Part shown: positions 10,093 through 23,794 of the stretch, in pieces
Numbering within the stretch: the first letter of the stretch is position 1
Layout of the letters: every line of letters starts with the position of its first letter
Translations under genes and position numbers: made by a program
Notes under the pieces: generated by a model
Databases searched by the model: none
Told to the model about the DNA's origin: nothing
The model's input: the letters and a program-made list of their open reading frames with translations, nothing else
NCBI RefSeq assembly: GCF_018350175.1
Contig: NC_058368.1
Coordinates: 73,844,001 to 73,908,000, forward strand
Reading direction: 5' to 3'
Origin: Felis catus
Taxonomy: Eukaryota
Length of the DNA stretch: 64,000 nt

Positions 10093-12902
10093 TGCATGCT
10101 GGTGAGAGAAAAGCACCATTAGGTGCCAAACAAGGTCCACCAGCAAAACTGAAGGATGAAACAAGTGCAAAGGTTAATACACGGTGCCCCGGGTGCGTGT
10201 GGAACTGAACTGTTTTATCTGGAGGCCCATGGAGTCAGTGGATGGGGCCTCCCTCAAGAAGGGCTGTAGCCAAGGGGCTGGATGAGAGATTCCTGGGCCC
10301 AGAGCAACAGGCAGAAATAGCAGAGCTTAGACCAGACCCAGGAGCCTCTGGCAGAGTTGAGTGGTCTGTGCCTGGGGAGGAGAGAAGAATCCCAGGACCA
10401 GGTTCAGCTTCCAGAAAACACCAGGAACCAGCTCTCTCTTCCTCTCCTTCTGGATGGAGGGGAAATGAAAAACAACAACAAATTGAATACCACTTCTGTG
10501 TTTCATAGTCAAGTTGTAGCTGTTAAAATATTTTTTTTTGTTGGTTGTTTTCACTGGAAAGGGCCCACACCAATCACATGCTCTGGGTGTTATCAAATAA
10601 TCCTTCCTGCTACATCCCTAGGTGGGGCTCCGTGTTATGTATGTAATTTAGTTAAGGTGACATATGCAAGTTTTCTTTCTTCATATGCTTAAAGTTTGTG
10701 TTTAGTGATTTGAGTGTTCTGGTATAATATCAGCAATTTAAAACTTCGAGAACTAATTTATTTTGTAGGGCTCTAGGAGGAACCTAGATTTCATACTGGA
10801 GGAAAGTCACATACCCCTTCCCTCCTCTGAGCTAGGACTTGATCTATAACTTATTTTGACCTGTAACTTATTTACCAAGCAACCTCCACGAAATGCAATG
10901 GAGAAAAACAAGGCAACCTTCTGCAAGCCTATTACACTCTCTGTCAGTCTGAGTGTCTGCAGGTTTGTCACCGCGGTCCCTGAGCTCTGGCTTCTGATGA
11001 GGTTTCCTGGGGATGTCCCACATGCCAAGCAGACAGTCGTCCCCACTGAAGCTCCACCAGTTCCTGGGATTTCCTGTTATATTTGTTTCAAAAACGTTTA
11101 AACATAAGTTTGCAAATTGTTTCTATGTCACACTCAGTCTTCACAATACTCCTGGGAGTTCACAATTATTTCCATTTCATAGACATGGGGTCGCAGACGT
11201 TGGCAAATGTTCCCCAGGCCCCAGGCAGTGTTTCTCCAAAGCTCTTGGAGAGCTCAGAATCACTGAACCACTCAGAAGTAAGGCAAGACGCCTCTGAGAA
11301 GTTATTTAAAAAGTTCACATGCTAACTTTTATGCAGACTCCTCATAAGGGACCCCCCCCGCCCCCCTGCCACTGTCACTGGTTTATTACTAGGGTGATGG
11401 CTATGATTACCAGATTTCTAGCAATCCACTCAGCAATGTTCAACAAACGTTTATTGAATCAGGAGTCAAATACAAGTCTGCTTCAACCCAGAGCGAGGCG
11501 GGGAGGGTGTAGGCAGAACAGGACAGAGCGTGCCTGCCTTCATGGAGCTTCTAGCATAATGGGGAAGACAGAGTGTGAATGAAAGATTATAAATTTATTG
11601 TCAGCTTTGAGACACACCAGGCCCCATGCAGATAAGTAGAATTGGGTCCAGTGGGAAGGACAGAGCTACTCAAAGCTGATCTGCTGGACAATGTTGGCCC
11701 AACAGCAAAGACGGGAACAGAAGAGTTACGGAAAACAGACCCAGAGGCCATAGTTTTAGCTTTTTTGTGTGATGATAGCAACAGCTCTGTGAAGTCCCTA
11801 TTACGCCCTTATTATTATTTACTGCTTCCAGCCAGCCGAAGAGAAAATAGTAACCATTAACGCGTGTTGGCAGATGAGAAAGCTGAGTTCCATTGGTCAA
11901 GCAACACCTCCCTGAGGTTCAAGGCCAACGAGCGAGCGAGCGGGCAGTGGTGCCCTGAGGGTGTTGCCATGACTCCCCACAGCACTTAATGCTGAGGGAG
12001 CAGTGTGGAGAAATCACAGTCCTTTTTACTGCAGATCTGGTTTCTACTGCTCGTTAGGCCCCAGTTGAATCCCTACGCTCCCTTTCCTTTCCTGCTGGAG
12101 GCCTGAGTGATTCTTACCAGTTCCTTTCCTCTGTGAAGCTCATAGCCTCCCCGTTAGCCTTGTCAGCACCCCAGCTGGCCCTCAGCAACTCGCTCCCCTA
12201 AGACGAGGGTAGGGCACTTGTGTTCTAATCTAGAGTGTTGAGCACCGTGGGGATATGGGCAGGGAGAGACTCACACACCCTGGGCAGGACCGAGCTTAGG
12301 GAGCCTTTAGTGGTTGGGATAATGGTCATGGCCACGCAGTGAAGACAGTTTCCATTGGAGGCTACATCTCACTGTCTTTTATTCTTTTATGTCTCAGTTT
12401 GTGGGCCGGTGTTATAACGGGGTCGTAACAGGAGAGGCCAACGGATAGCCACTTGATGCTTACTTCTCTCTTGCGAACACTTGCAAGTTTTAAAACTTTT
12501 CAAGGTCTTTGCTTCATAACTGGTGTAGGCTACATTGGGTGGTTTCAACCGTTTGTTTTCCTAATTTAAAAATGGGACTAGACCATTTTAAACATTTTTA
12601 TTGCACCCATTACTATCAAAGAATAATCAGCAATGCTTAGAATTCTAAAAAATATTTAATCTCACTGGGAGAGGTCATACATAAATGTGTTGACATGGCC
12701 TTGTATGGACTCCATGTAAAAATAAATTCCTCAGGCTTCATGCCCATCTTTATAATTTTAAATAAGATTTTCAAATACCTTCGCCAGGGCATGAAGTTTT
12801 TAACATTTAAGGGAGAAAACTGTTATCTCCATAAATGTTATTTTGATTTACCAGGCATCTCAGAAGCAAATCCAGGCAGCATTTATCCCAGGTTTATCAT
12901 TA

Positions 12903-14560
12903 GTTTATTATTTATTGAATGCCTCATATATGCTAGGCACTGGGGAGATCCAGAAGTGACTCAAATAGGCAAGACTCCTGGTTTCATTAAATCCATATTC
13001 TAGTGGAGGGAGATAGATAACAATATAAAAAAGAAATAAACGATTAATTTCTGATAGTGAAAAGTGAACTGAAGACAATAGGATAATGTGATAGAGGCCC
13101 AACTTAAGGCTGGCGGTGGTGGGGGGTGGGGAGAGTCTAGACTAGAGAAGGCTGTTAACAGTGGTGGGCTTTCAGCAGACACCTGAAGGAAGAGAAGTCA
13201 GCCAGGGAGAGGGCTTCCAGGGAGAGGGGCTATAAATGCAAAGTCCTTGAGGCCGGGACTGGCTTTGTGATTTCAAGGAACAGAAGGGCTCATGTGTCTC
13301 AGGCGATGCACAGTGAGTAGAGAGAATTCTGGAAAAGATGAAATAGAGGAGGAGGCAGGGCCCAGAGACAAGGTCCTGATAGGAGCTTACTCTATGTGAA
13401 TTGGGAAGCCATTGGGGAGTTTTATTCGGGAAGCTGACATAATTTGACAAAGGTTAAGAAGATCACTCTTTTTACAGGGAAGTCAAATGCAAGCAGAGAT
13501 GTCGTCAGGTGGTTAGGAAAGTCTAGGCAGGGTAGGAGGGTTGTTGGGCTAGGGAGGAGTCAGTGGAGGTGGGGAGAAGTGGGTGAAGTCCAGGTGCATT
13601 TCAGAAGTTAGAGCTAATGATATTTGCTGGTGGGTTGCATGTAAGGAGTGAAGGGAGGCGGGGGAAGCATCGAGGAAGATTTCCTGGTTTTTGACTCAAA
13701 TAACTGTGTGTGAGGCTGGCTACAGGTGGTGTTTACTGAAATGGGAAACTGCAAGAGACGATTTGGGGTACAGATCACACTCTATTTTGCAGTGCAGAGT
13801 ATGGGATTCATCAACACATTTGGTGGAGATCATGGGAGGAGAAGGAAAGGAAAGATGAACAAAGGAAAGCTGGGAGGGCCAGGTGGTCAGGTGAGTGGGG
13901 AACTAGTGTGATAAAAACCAACAGAAGAAAGTGCTCCAAGAAGGGACAGGGTGACCCACTGTATCATGGAAAAGGTGGAATACACGATGGTTGAAGACAG
14001 ACTACTGGATCTCCCAACACGGGGTTCGCTGGTGATCTTCATTTGGTCAGTTTGTGGACAGAACAGAAATCCAACTGGAGCTCTTTTATAGCATTGGAAA
14101 TCTGATTGGAATTCTAACGCAAAGTTGGAACTTGGCATGCAATATCAGTTGTGGAGCAAATGGGAGTAAGAGAGCAGAGATGGTCCTCACTCAATTGAAG
14201 TTATTCTGCGGGGGGAGCATAGACCTTAGCTGGTCAAGGTATTTGTGCATTAGCTGTAAAGTGGGAGATGTATAGTATATTTGTATTTTAAAAAGAAAGT
14301 TCTAGCAGTGAGGGAGAATTAAGGATGCAGAAGAAAGGGAAGATGAGATAATTTCTCATAAGAGCCAGACAAAGTCTTTGCGAGGTGAATAAGTGAGGAT
14401 AGGATGCGGCGCATGGAAGGTGGGGTAGATTTTGATACAGTCTGAGACACTTGATCCAGGCCATAAAGAGAGAGGAGGCAAAGAATAAGCAGAGATAAGA
14501 AAAGGCTAGTAAACTTGGTGGTGGTAAGATAAGGGAAGCCCCTTCATGGCTTTTATTTTC
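12903..14560 (-). mobile_element. L2 LINE, long antisense fragment
   Basis: Starts 'tttattgaatgcctcatatatgctaggcactgggga'; continues 'aatgcaaagtccttgagg', 'gggaagccattggggagtttt', 'aagatcactct', 'tttactgaaatgggaa'. Right boundary approximate. Confidence 0.8.
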
Positions 14561-15279
14561 TCACTATAAGATGATAAAAGACAGATCTTAAGATAGAAAT
14601 ACTTGTAGACAAGTTTTAGGGGAAAACTCCATTAAAAAAATGTAAAGGGGTACGGGCAGCAGGTTGGTTGCTTAAAGTGGTAGACCGTCAAGTTATCTAG
14701 GATGATCCACATCCCTGGGGTTCTACATGACTGAGGTCCAAAGCAGAGGTGTCTTGTTAGACATCAGCACCTACTGGTGAAGTCTGGACACTGCAGTTCA
14801 GAACTTCCTCCTTCAAACTCCATCTCAATGCCCCCTACTGGGATCCAGCCATCTTTCTTGCCTTAACTTTTCTGGAAAGTTGTGGAAATTTTTAGTATCA
14901 AGAAGGCAGCTAGGTGGAAACTCTGAGTATGAGAAAGACGTCAAAGGAAAAGTGATGAAAGAAACTCACTTTTTAGCTGATTTCTTAGAAAAATGTATTC
15001 TCTGAGAATAAAGTTCTTATTTTACAATTAAAATCTGTAAGGTAGAACTTTTCAGAACTGTGGGTAAATGCAAGAAGGCTTGACCCATTAATTGTCCTTC
15101 CTATGTTTTCAATTTCTGCTCAGCTGGCCTTTATTCTTCCACATACAAATATTTTCAGTCCTTCCACCTTACACAGGAAGTATCTTCCTGCTTGCTGAAG
15201 TTTGACTTGCAGTCTTGTTTTCCTTAGGTAGCCCGTAGATACTTATGTTCTTGAGTGCTTGTTGTTTGGCATTTTTCTT

Positions 15280-16210
15280 TCCACACGGTGTACTTTTTCT
15301 GGACAATTTGATTCACACCAAGCGCTTCAGCAATTACTTACACCCTCTGATGACCCAGCTAACTGTGGTTAGATGCCTCTTCCCAACTGGAGATGGGGCA
15401 CGAGTGGCTCATGGGCATCTCCTGTGAGTACCCCATCTTCAATTTAATCCAAAGAAAACTGGATTTCTCATCCTCCCCACTTTCAAAACCTGTGCTACTT
15501 GTGGCCTGAAGGTTGCTGAGTGCAATATTCTTTACAGTTGCCCAAGCAGGAAACAAAGGAATTATGATCTCTGTCCCTTACCTGTGACATATATTTGGTC
15601 CTCGGTATCTCTCAACTACACCCCCACCTTTCCTGCTCTTCTTTGGCTTTTGTTGGTTCTTCTATATCCAGAGACCCCGCTTACATCCCTTTCTCCATTA
15701 CTTACTTCTCTAATCCCATTTCTTGTTTTTCTTCTACAAGGCCAAACTGTAGCTTAACCGAACCACTTAGCTGTCTCTGAATAGGTTAAACTCTCATATG
15801 TTAGTCTGTCTAATTAATTCATCGAGCAGTGACTCCATCCATTAGTAAAGCATCCACCTTTTCCATTTATGTTATTTTACATTTTATTCATTTATTTTTT
15901 TTAGCACCCAGGCTCTGTTCTAAGGCACAGGAGAGAGGGACCCAGGAGAACTCTCACTTTACATGAAGGTACGACTCAGGATAGCATTCTCGGTGATGCC
16001 TCTGAGGCTGAGTTGGGTGTCCCTCTTCTGTTCATTCACTTCACTATTACAGATTATTGTCACACTACTCAGCACAGTAGCTTATTGTTGATTTGCTTGT
16101 CTGAGAAATGTAGGAATTGAGATTCAGAGGCTTGGTCTTCATCTCTCTGTCCCAGCCAGACACATGGTTGTGGCTCAGTAATAGATACTGAATTTGTGAG
16201 GACAAGAATG
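15280..16210 (+). mobile_element. Degraded L2 fragments
   Basis: 'cagttgcccaagcaggaaac' and 3' end 'cagacacatggttgtggctcagtaatagatactgaat'; may be several pieces. Confidence 0.5.
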
Positions 16211-16429
16211 AAAGAAGGGATATTTGAACAATCTCCGTACCCCCACCCCCTTTAGTGGTTCAAAAAGTACAGAGTTTTTAATGACCCATTTATATAGGTT
16301 TCCAGATAGCTTACTATAAAAGCACTGCTATTTGCTCAAGGGCTCAGGGGGGGCAGATTAGACGGTCTGTTAAAAGTTCCCCTCATTCCCTCCTGGTAAT
16401 ATATCCATGGATATGGAGGGTTATCCAAG

Positions 16430-16964
16430 GTGATGAGGCTGACAAAAGATCTAATGCAATCCTAGGCTGCATTAATAGAGAGAAGAATGGTATCCAGTTC
16501 ACAGAGGATAATAAGCTCCCTGCACTCAGCACTACCAGACCCACACCGGGAGAATTGCTATTAATTCTGGGTGTCTTATTGAAGACAGAGAGCATCTCTC
16601 TGACATCTATGTGGAGAGGTCAGTGGGTAATGAACCCTATCCTACATAAGCAATGGTTGAAGGAGCTCTGGTTGTTCAGTGGGAAAAAGAGACATCAGCA
16701 CAGAAACAAGCCTTCATGTATTTGAGGTCTGTTATATTGAAGAGGAATTAAACTTATTCCATTAAGCTTTCAGAGCTAAGCTTTTGGGGAAGAAATTACA
16801 CACAGAGTGGATTTCAGCTAATTATTTGAAAGAACGTTTTAACAGTTGGAAGGGTTACCTTTTATATAACTGAATTTCTCAATGCTAGTGGCATGCGGGA
16901 AGAATGATTACTATTTGGTCGATAACCTCTTCAGGTTCTTTCAGATCTAAGAGTCTACTATTTC
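16430..16964 (+). mobile_element. L3/CR1 LINE 3' fragment
   Basis: 'ctaatgcaatcctaggctgcattaatag', 'ggttgaaggagctctggttgttcag', 3' end 'aggttctttcagatctaagagtctactatt'. Confidence 0.8.
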
Positions 16965-18894
16965 AAGATGGCGACCGTATTTTCCTCATCTCCAAAGAGG
17001 ATTCAAGAAGAAATGGGATTTAAGTAATTCAGACAATTAAGGTAGCAAGGAAAAAGAAATTCCTGAAAAACAATGATATTCATGAGTTGGTCCATCAGAA
17101 GCTTTAGGAATTCTCAGTTGCGGATTAACTTGAAAAATAGTTTGGATAGTTGCTTATTACAATAATTCTGCTACTTCTGTTCAAAATCAAGAGGAACTAA
17201 ATAGTCGGGCTCATACTACCTCCAACTCACGGTTTAATCTGATCTCTATCATGTCTTTCCCCATAGCAAGGCTGTTAGTTTTAAGCACAGGGACATTTTA
17301 AATAAGACAATAACAATAAGAATAAATGGAAAAGAAATGGCAGAGGGGAGATCAGTGGTTTATCAATTCATAAACTGTATTGCTAATTAATATGTTAAGG
17401 AACGTCATTGTAGCATTTCACAGAATCCCAGAGTGCTTTGTTTTTAAATAATTATGCTTGTTTTTAAAAATTCAGGTATTTATTCACGTTGTATCTTAAC
17501 TCTTTATTGTCAAACATTTAAGTATTTTTAAATGCCTGAAGATTTTTTCTTTCAACTGATTTCTGTCTTATGTGTGGCATTTATGCAGACAATTTTACCT
17601 TAAAAGATCAGCCCATTTATCATTTATTTCGGTCTTGAGATGTCAAATTCTAATTGCTACAATTTTTACAATTTATACTACCTATGCTTACTGCACACAT
17701 GTAAATTCCATTATCATTAATAAGAGTTACATGATGAAAGTATTTACTCATTAGTAGCTAATACACTTCTCAAGGTTATCCTTAAGGTGCAGGAGTTTAA
17801 TGAGTACCTAATGAGAACTCTAGTATCACTGATTAAGAATATCTATCATATTTGTGATAAGTATATCACAATCTAACACTGGGAAGCTAGTAAAAAAATT
17901 AAGTCCCAAATACCTTCTGTTGTTATTAATCAACTATGTGAAAGGCACTTTGTGTTGACAAAGCTATGACCTTTATTTTAGTCCGTTAGTAACTTGAAAT
18001 CTGCTAATCTCCTAAGTAACTCTTATTACTTAGGAGTAAATCTAACAATTTCCATTTTTCTGCAGTATATGACACTTTTGTGATAACTCATATACCACTG
18101 GAGACAATTGTGGTTTTGTTTTAAAATGGAACTCTCACATACTAAAAAACTGCCTGGTTAAAATTGAGTTGAAGTGTTTGCTCTTGCCTTGCGTCACAAT
18201 CTGAAATGAAAAATCAATAATCAGTGAATATGGTGTGAGTGAAGTCAGTCTGGATAACTCAACAACCTCATCATCTCTCGTGGGTTCTTAGCTGTACATC
18301 GTAAGGGCAAAGCATTTCTAGTTGTGGAAGAGATTCTGAAAACCCCAACTAATGGTTTGATTTGAACCTTTTAATATGCTTTATTTGCTAGGTTTTAGAA
18401 AAACCGGATAAAATATTAAGCAAAATTGTTTAAGCAGGCTTCTCAGCAACTTTATACATTTTTAGTTAAATATAATTTTTGACATTTCCATTCTTCTTGA
18501 CTTTGTACTACAAGCAATGCTTCCTGTGGTGACTGTGGGTTTTTTTGTTTTTTGTTTTTTTCTTTTCTTTGCTTGCTTTCTTTCTTTCTTTCTTTCTTTC
18601 TTTTTTTAAAAGCACTTACTGGAAAATTTCTTAGCCATAGAATTGATAGGCTAGTGACTGTCCTCCTACATTATGAAATGGTGGTTGTAATGATCAGATG
18701 AGGTGATGTAATAAAAAGCCATAAAAGGCTTTGTAAGTATATAATCTGTTTTTGTTGGATATCAGTGAAAATAATTTATAAAATCTGGAGCTTGTGAATA
18801 AAAGTAGGTTGTGACAGATGTATAGAATGATCAGTTTCCAGGAAAAAGCCTTCTCGTTCTGGCTCTCTGTCTCCCCATGTTTCTGCTTCTCTCC

Positions 18895-18896
<2 letters not shown>

Positions 18897-18936
<40 letters not shown>
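18897..18936 (+). repeat. (CT)n microsatellite
   Basis: About 19 CT units. Confidence 0.95.
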
Positions 18937-18939
<3 letters not shown>

Positions 18940-21294
18940 ATATATAACACATATACATATTATCGTTGGTTGTACTTTTTATGTATACTTCTTGTAGGAA
19001 GACCTAAATCCCACGTGGGCTGAACTCTTGGTTAGAAAAAAATATATACTGTCATTCAGATTGATACATAGATTTCTTAACCCATAGTGATTAAGAGAAG
19101 CATGTGGAATATTATAGCAGGTGCCCCAGGAGATGGAATCTGGGAAATCAAACTAAAAGTGCATACCATTTTTATCATTTTAAAAATGAATACCAATATT
19201 GTAAGAATTAATTAGCTTTGCCATATCCTTTCTAGAGTCAAAGCAGAAGAATGAATCAAGGGGAGAATTTTTTTGGTACAACATTCAGAGTGGGAAAAAA
19301 GGGAAAACCCAGAATAAGTGACAACATCCAAGTAAAAAGCAATTATCAAGAGATTCTGGGCACATGTCGTAATTTTATTTATGAAGATTTCTCAAGTGTC
19401 ATGCAAATGAGTGAGTGCTAGGCTGAATCATGGAATCCCAGTGATAATCACTAAATTTGTAATCACCATTTCTTCTTGGGAAATACATTTTACTTCCTTC
19501 ATAATGAAAGACTTTTGGTACATCCATTACAGAGGCAAAGCATGAGGGTACTTTGACCCCATTTTTTTCCTTGTCTTGTATACTAGATCATTACCGCCTG
19601 TAATGAATTTGATATGTATTTCAAAACGTACAGGATTCAGTACATGTCTCAAGTTGACATGCGTATAAAACATTCGTATCTCTAACCTATTTTAATAACT
19701 CTTCAATTTAATGGATGAATAAACCTTGTCTTGGTAAAGCTAAATGTGTTGGAAAAATAAAGTTACTGCTTAGCCTCCTATCAATATCATTTAAGAACCA
19801 CTTAAAAATACTGTTATGTGTATAATTTACATATCAAAAGCATACAAAGCATAATTATATGGCCCTATAAATGTTCACAAAGCATACCCACTACCTAAAT
19901 GGGGAAATGGCAGCCCTCATGGGAATACATAGAGGTGGTGATGCCTTAACTGTGACTTTACACTAAGGGTAGTTCCAATTTTCTCTCCATTCACCGTGAT
20001 TCCTTTTTAGATCAAAGGATAATCAGATTTATTGAAAAATCTGATCCAGAAAAGTCCATAGCTGAAGAAATGCAAGAGTTAACAGTGAAACTTTTCCAGT
20101 CAATGACTTTTATAGCTGATAACGTTTTCTGTACGTCTGCTTGGTCATTTGCACTATCTTTAATAGTTCTGAACGTTTGGCATTTTGCCTTCAAAATGTT
20201 ACGGAAATCATATCCAGATTTTTGAAAGCAAATCTGTTAGGATCAGCATTTTTCTGAAAAAAGCCTCAAAGAAATGATTCAGTCACAACTTTAAAAGTTA
20301 ATGTGTTTTTTGGGGGGTGGGGACTTTCAAAACATTAATTTGTAGACCAGGTGCAATGGATATCTTGTGCTAAGTAAGAGGCGGAGGTCAACATTTCAAC
20401 CTCTGTGACTTGGGGGATATTCCCATGTGTACAAAATTGTATGGTTCAAGCTGTTAAGAGCATTTATAAAGTGATAGGGCTAACCTAAAAATCTCAGCTT
20501 TTCCAGAAATTTTTGGTTTCCTGTTGAACTCAGTAAAATGAGAAAATCATGACATTCATGGGGGATGAGTGGCACAAAAAAGAACCAGTGAAAATCACTA
20601 TATCCTTTTCTTGATTCTTTGCAGTAATTTCTATCCCATTGCAACACTCTTGTAGGATCCTATTTAATTTAATGCATGAAAATCTTCGCTTTCATAAGCC
20701 ACTGCCAGAGCTGCGCCTTTTCTGTCTAAAGGCACAACAGTCGACTGAAAAGTGGAAGACATGGTCACTTGGCTTTTTTGCCTTTGACTTCTTTTCTTCT
20801 CTTGCTTATTGACTTAAAAAACAATAACCGGACTAAGTAATCCTTTAGGAAATCCGTCAGCGCCCAACACTTAGCCGATTTATCTTGGTCACGTTATTTC
20901 GAAAGTCTCTTAAAAGCTCTGCAGCTGCACAAACACATACAACATAATAAAACAAAACATAAATAGAAACGGTGTACTGAAAACAAAAGTAGACAACCAA
21001 GACGGATTTGGAAGGAAAGTTAGTCTAGAAAAATTCATGTAGCACAGCTTGTTTACTAATAAAGCTGCGCTAAAAGCTCTGCATTTCCTTAAAAATAAAA
21101 ATTACACAAGAAAATATTCTCTGTTACAAGGTTGTTCCTGTCTCTAATACCATCTGGCTAATGGCAGAGTTTACCTGCTAGTGAGGCCAGTTTACCTGCT
21201 AGTGAGGGCTCTAATATCTGTGGACAGCTTCTTGAACCTCTGTCTTAGCCAGGTGTTTTAAATGTATTTCTTCCATATTCAAAATAATTTTCCA

Positions 21295-21440
21295 AAAGAG
21301 ATATTATCATTTCCTTTATGTAGATGAGAAAATGGAGCCTTAGAGAACTTTTTTAATGGACACAATGTCATAGAAGCAGTTAAGCTGAGCCCTGGAGAAT
21401 TGAATCCACGCTTCTCTGAGGTCAAAGTACAGGTTTTACT
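21295..21440 (-). mobile_element. MIR fragment
   Basis: 'tagatgagaaaatggagccttagaga...gaattgaatcca...tctgaggtcaaag'. Confidence 0.7.
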
Positions 21441-21469
21441 CTCGACAGAATTCCGCTTTTCAATCCACA

Positions 21470-22452
21470 ACAGTAAAACACAACAACATTTTAAGCTGAA
21501 CTACAGTACAATGCGCTGGCATTAAATGCGTTCCTAATGTTGTGTAACCATCCCCACCATTCATCTCCATAAGTCTTTTCATCTTGTAAAACTGAAACCC
21601 TGTAGCCATTAAACACTAACCTCCCACTGCACAACCCTACCCCAGCCCCTGACAGCTGCCACTCTCCTTTCTGGGCCTATGGTTCTGACTTCTCGAAGTA
21701 TCTCATGTAAGTGTTTCACACTTGCTGCTTTCAAGATTCCCCCCCCCTCCCGCCACCACCCCCCCGCCACCACCACCCCTTTTTTCTAATCTTTGGCTTT
21801 TGAAAGTTTCATTATAATGTGTCTTAATGTGGATCTCTTTGAGTTCATCTTCCTTGGAATTTGTCGAGCTTTTTGCGTGTAAATATTTAAATGTTTTTCA
21901 TCACATTTGGTAAGTTTTCAGGGATTACTTCTTCAAATATTTTCTATGCCCCTTTCCGTCTCTCCTCTGTCTGGGACTCCCAAAATGTGTAAGTAGATCT
22001 GTTTTCTGGTGCCCCACAGGCCCCTTATGCTCTGCGTACTTTTCTTCCGTCCCTTTTTTGCTGCTCAGACTTGACAATTTTCCTCTTATCTTCACGTTTG
22101 CTGATTCTTTCTCTACTGGTGCAAATCTGCCTTTGAATCTGCCTAGTGAATTTTTCATTTTAGTTACTGGGCTTTTCGGGTCTAGAATGTCTTTTTTGGT
22201 TTCTTTTTAGGTTTGCTATCTTTATCGATATCTCTGTTTTGTTCATGTATTAGTTTCTTAACTTTTTGTACATCTTCCTTTAGCTCTTTGAGCATTTTCT
22301 AAGACAGTCGTTTTAAAAAATCTCTGTCTTGCAGCGCCTGGTGGCTCAGTTGGTTGAGTATCTGACTCTTGATTTCAGCTCAGGTCATGATCCCAGGGTG
22401 GTGGGATTGAGCCTAGTATCAGCCTCTGTGCTCAGTGTGGAGCCTGCTTGAG

Positions 22453-22503
<51 letters not shown>

Positions 22504-23399
22504 ATAAATAAGTAAGTAAGTAAGTAAATAAATATCTTTGACTATTAGATTTGCTGTCAGGTCTTTTTCAATGACAGTTTCTGTTGATTAATTTATTTTC
22601 CTTTAAATGGTATGTACTTGAATCCAATAAAAATGTAACTCTTGGAATCAGATTCTCCTTCTCCCCCCAGGGTTTTGTTGCTGTTTTTGCTTATTGTTTT
22701 TGTTATTCTGATTTTTGTAGGCTGTCTTTGTGTCAAGGATCAGCCCGAAGTGTAAAATTAAGGTAATCTCAGGTCTTTTCTGAGCCTGTGACTTTCTCTG
22801 GGCATATGTAGTCACTTTTTAATTTTCCCCATATTTGTAGTGGTTTTTGAATGCCCTAGTCTTTAACGTCTGGCTCCCAAAAGAGGAAAAAGAGAAAAAT
22901 AAAGGGAGGTGAAACAAAGGGCACTGACCTTTTAAATTCTCTGGAAGTCACTGCAGCCGGAAGGGGATGGTTTTACAGCAGTGGAGGGAGATACAAGAAT
23001 AATGGCTGTCCTCTTTGCCCCTCTGTGATCAGAAGCAGCATTAGAGTCAGAGGACAGATTTCTGATAGTTGGATATTTATCCCTTAAGAAATGGTAAGAG
23101 TCCTTTTTGCGACCCGCCCCCGGCTCCCACAAGCTGTATGGAAACAGCTGCAGGAACATAGCTGCCTGCCATAGGGGGAGGGTTAGCCAACGGGTAGAGC
23201 TGCTACTGTGCTAAGGCCTGGAATTGACCACAATTAATCAGTTTACCACCCAAGTCCTCCTCTGGAAGTTGCAAGCCTTCAATAGGCTCCAGAGTTCCAA
23301 AATAGTACAACATATAGATGCTGCAAGTGTAAGTGTTGTCTAGGTGGGGAGACAGATTCCTGCTGCTTCCTATTCTGCCATCTTCCTGGAATCTTCCTC
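21470..23399 (-). mobile_element. Old L1 (L1MB/L1M3-like): 5'UTR and ORF1 remnant abutting the 3' end, ORF2 absent
   Basis: Sense start 'gaggaagattccaggaagatggcagaataggaagc' at 23399; ORF1p-like translation MKNSLGRFKGRF (ORF 22158..21925); L1MB-type 3' end at ~21470-21713. Confidence 0.85.
22331..22530 (+). mobile_element. Can-SINE (shorter 'gactcttgatttcagctcagg' type) nested in L1
   Basis: Head, long (CT)n, (TAAG/TAAA)n tail; degenerate TSD aaaatctctgtct / aatatctttgact. Confidence 0.93.
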
Positions 23400-23794
23400 A
23401 ATGCACAGCTTTTGTATCTTCAGTTGTGTGAAGATTGTGATCATTTTTATAAGTTGACATATTCAGGCTCGAGTGAATATTTCCTGGAAGACCTCATTGC
23501 TTTGGTGTCAATATCTATGCCTAATATTAGGCAGCTGTGGATTTTTCTCCAACAATTTATCTGAGATCAAAAATCTAATAAATATATCGTCAGGAGGGAT
23601 GGCAATATTCCAAATATTGCCCTGAGTGCCTAGTTGTGAAGGAGGGATTATACAGATATTTAATTTTTAGTCTTTAATCTTATAAGGCTGAAAAAGCTGG
23701 TTGAATAAGTCCTAAGTATGGAAAAATGTAACAATGAAATATTAAAATAACACTTAAATGCAAAAAATAAGAGAGCTATCAAGAACAGTATAAA

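Noticed and set aside
11919..11945. GAGCGAGCGAGCGGGC preceded by GGCCAAC, resembling an AAV Rep-binding element and terminal resolution site
   Set aside because: The trs-like word is on the wrong side, with no ITR hairpin or rep/cap remnant; a short (GAGC)3 repeat is expected by chance.
23601..23621. Perfect 9-bp hairpin ggcaatatt-cca-aatattgcc (similar 8-bp one at 50072-50100)
   Set aside because: Too short for a pre-miRNA; such stems are expected by chance in 64 kb.
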